From Oopsacas minuta (Eukaryota; Animalia; Porifera): 64,000 nt of DNA. The translations under genes were made by a program, and so were the position numbers. The first letter of the stretch is position 1; each line of letters begins with the position of its first letter. The notes beneath the pieces are model-generated. The model was given only the letters and a program-made list of their open reading frames with translations, was not told where the DNA came from and did not search any database. Shown piece after piece: positions 62,224 through 64,000 of the stretch. The stretch is from assembly GCA_024704765.1 (NCBI GenBank), contig JAKMXF010000177.1, positions 673,359 to 737,358 of the forward strand. The letters run 5' to 3'.

Positions 62224-63329
62224 TTAACTGGAGGAGAGAAAGAGGAGAGATGTATTCGTCACCTTTTGAAGGTGCTGTGCGATGAAGGTCTATGAAGGTT
62301 TCAAAAAACGCAGGTAGTGTGTCTGTAGACAGTTAGTACTCTATGATAATCCGTGCGGACAGACACGTTAGTTTCAACGGGTAATACGATATTAGTTCTA
62401 AATATTGTGAGGAAAATTTGCTGACACACGATTCTATAGAAGTTTGATTTGAGGGAGTCACAGAGCCTAAATGTGATCCAGCTTGTATTAACGCGGGGAT
62501 AATAGAATCAGGAACAGTTTCCAACATTCACGCGAAATGTAACGCGGTTAAACCATCCTTATCTCACACCTCGAACATATCTGGAGTAGATACAGCAATG
62601 AATGCGTTCAGTACATTTTCATGTTTAAGAAAATACTCTGATTTCATGATAGAATGGTAAATTGGTTCATTTCTCGTCAATAGATGGAATAATAGCTGCA
62701 GTGCTTCCAATATCACAGGATTTCTATTCCCCTTCGCTGCATCTATCATAACTGGAGCCAGTCCCCCTTGATTCGCTATACTAATATTAGCGCCATTATT
62801 TAATAGACATATTATGACTTCAACTCTATTATTGTAAGACGCGGCGCTAAGCGGAGTAGAATTGGTTGCGCTTGTGTGATTAATAGACGCCCCGGCTTAT
62901 AGAAGTTCTCTTACAATAGCGATATGTGCACCTATAAGAAAACAGAAGTAAACAAAGGTAAATAACTAATATTTGAAGTTTATACCTAATGCAGCACACC
63001 ATAAGGCTGTTACCCCTCTAATCTCATGTACTGCGTGATTAGATTTAACAGTCATTGTGTAATCCAGTTTCAAAACTTCTTCAAATTTCTTCAGGATATA
63101 GCTTACTATATTATAATGACGTTCCTTAGCAGCTGGAATTAACGGGGACCCCTTATTTCCCTCAGGTTGGAATATTTTCTCTGGATCTGGATTCTCTAGT
63201 AAAGTTGTTAGTTGAGAGCTAAATTCTGGATATTTCTCTTTTGCTGCGGAATCCAATAATTCTTTGTGACAATTCATCTGAGCATGTTGATGACGTTGTT
63301 GTGAGAGGTTGAAGATGCCTACTTGCCAT
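62224..63329 (-). pseudogene. FEM1: FEM1-like copy F, exons 1-2 fused to the C-terminus (middle deleted)
   Basis: GVTALWCAA and LKLTCLSARII; frameshifts; deletion junction near 62725. Confidence 0.75.
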
Positions 63330-63400
63330 TTCTAATTGAAAGTTCTACAAGCAAAATAACCAATTTTGTAAATATTCAGTATATAGAATACGATAGAGAA

Positions 63401-64000
63401 GTTTCTCAAACCAAATATCAAGAAAAGCTAATATCTGATTCAAACACTTACGATAAGAAACGTTCGTATTAGCTTCTATCCCTTGCACCAAAACAGCATA
63501 TCTTGTGTAAATTCACGTGAAATAATCACCAAACCTTTCCATTGTCATCACATCTGTACTGAACGCTGCCAATTGTGTATTTACCTCATTCATGAGCACG
63601 TTAAATTCAATGATTGATGTTCGTGTCACCATCCAACTTTTCTTTACCACAGCTTGTAATAGCTGATGCAATAACTCACAGCATCTCAGATAATTCAGAG
63701 AACCTTCACTATACAAATGATTGGTCAATCTCATCTTAAGATCACTAGATGTCTTGTACAATGGCCCGAATACCCTCTCGATTATTAGTACACACTGAAT
63801 GAGGTAGTTTTTCTTGGTAATATTATATCTGTTACTTGTCTCATTTCTTGTACACCCTCATACAAATCTACAGCTGGCTTTCCGGGATAACTTAAATTGT
63901 GTCTCTCTCTCAATTCAAGTGCTTTTCTCCAAACTTGAGCTACTTTTGAAGAAGGATACTCCCAGACTATCTCTATCCCTCTGACTGACCACAAATCAAC
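63401..64000 (-). pseudogene. FEM1: FEM1-like copy G, middle segment, runs off the window
   Basis: FWRKALE-like, YPGKPAVDLYEGVQE and CCELLHQLLQAVVK segments homologous to copies A and D. Confidence 0.75.

Noticed and set aside
1-64000. Prokaryotic or phage system, rRNA or tRNA genes
   Set aside because: Spliceosomal introns, PRPF38A, cadherins and eukaryotic transposons indicate an animal genome. I recognised no operon, rRNA or tRNA structure by eye; a covariance-model scan was not run.

Overview
AT-rich, intron-poor eukaryotic (animal) genomic DNA with assembly gaps (N runs 23670-24495, 30145-30398, 31073-31229; single n at 33022 and 35184). The gene content (NHL-propeller proteins, Fat-like cadherin pieces, an EGF-rich receptor, intronless PRPF38A) suggests a sponge, possibly a hexactinellid; this is inference only. 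A central block (~36.5-54 kb) holds apparently intact genes: two NHL-repeat proteins, PRPF38A, a secreted DNase I-like protein with substituted metal-binding residues, and a flavin amine/L-amino-acid oxidase. It is flanked by rearranged mosaic blocks (~0-13, ~22.5-35 and ~56-64 kb) that reuse the same parts: at least 7 full or partial FEM1-like (ankyrin/CRL2 receptor) paralogues, all apparently disrupted, pieces of an EGF-rich receptor gene, cadherin fragments and Chapaev3-like (CMC) transposon pieces at the junctions. Other elements include hAT (Buster and ZMYM types), MULE, maT (DD37D), P/THAP9, an intron-containing Ginger-like integrase, a CRE-like retroelement and several MITEs. The most striking structure is a MULE whose transposase gene is duplicated as a ~1.4 kb-arm fold-back palindrome, architecturally like maize Mu killer; an assembly artefact is not excluded.
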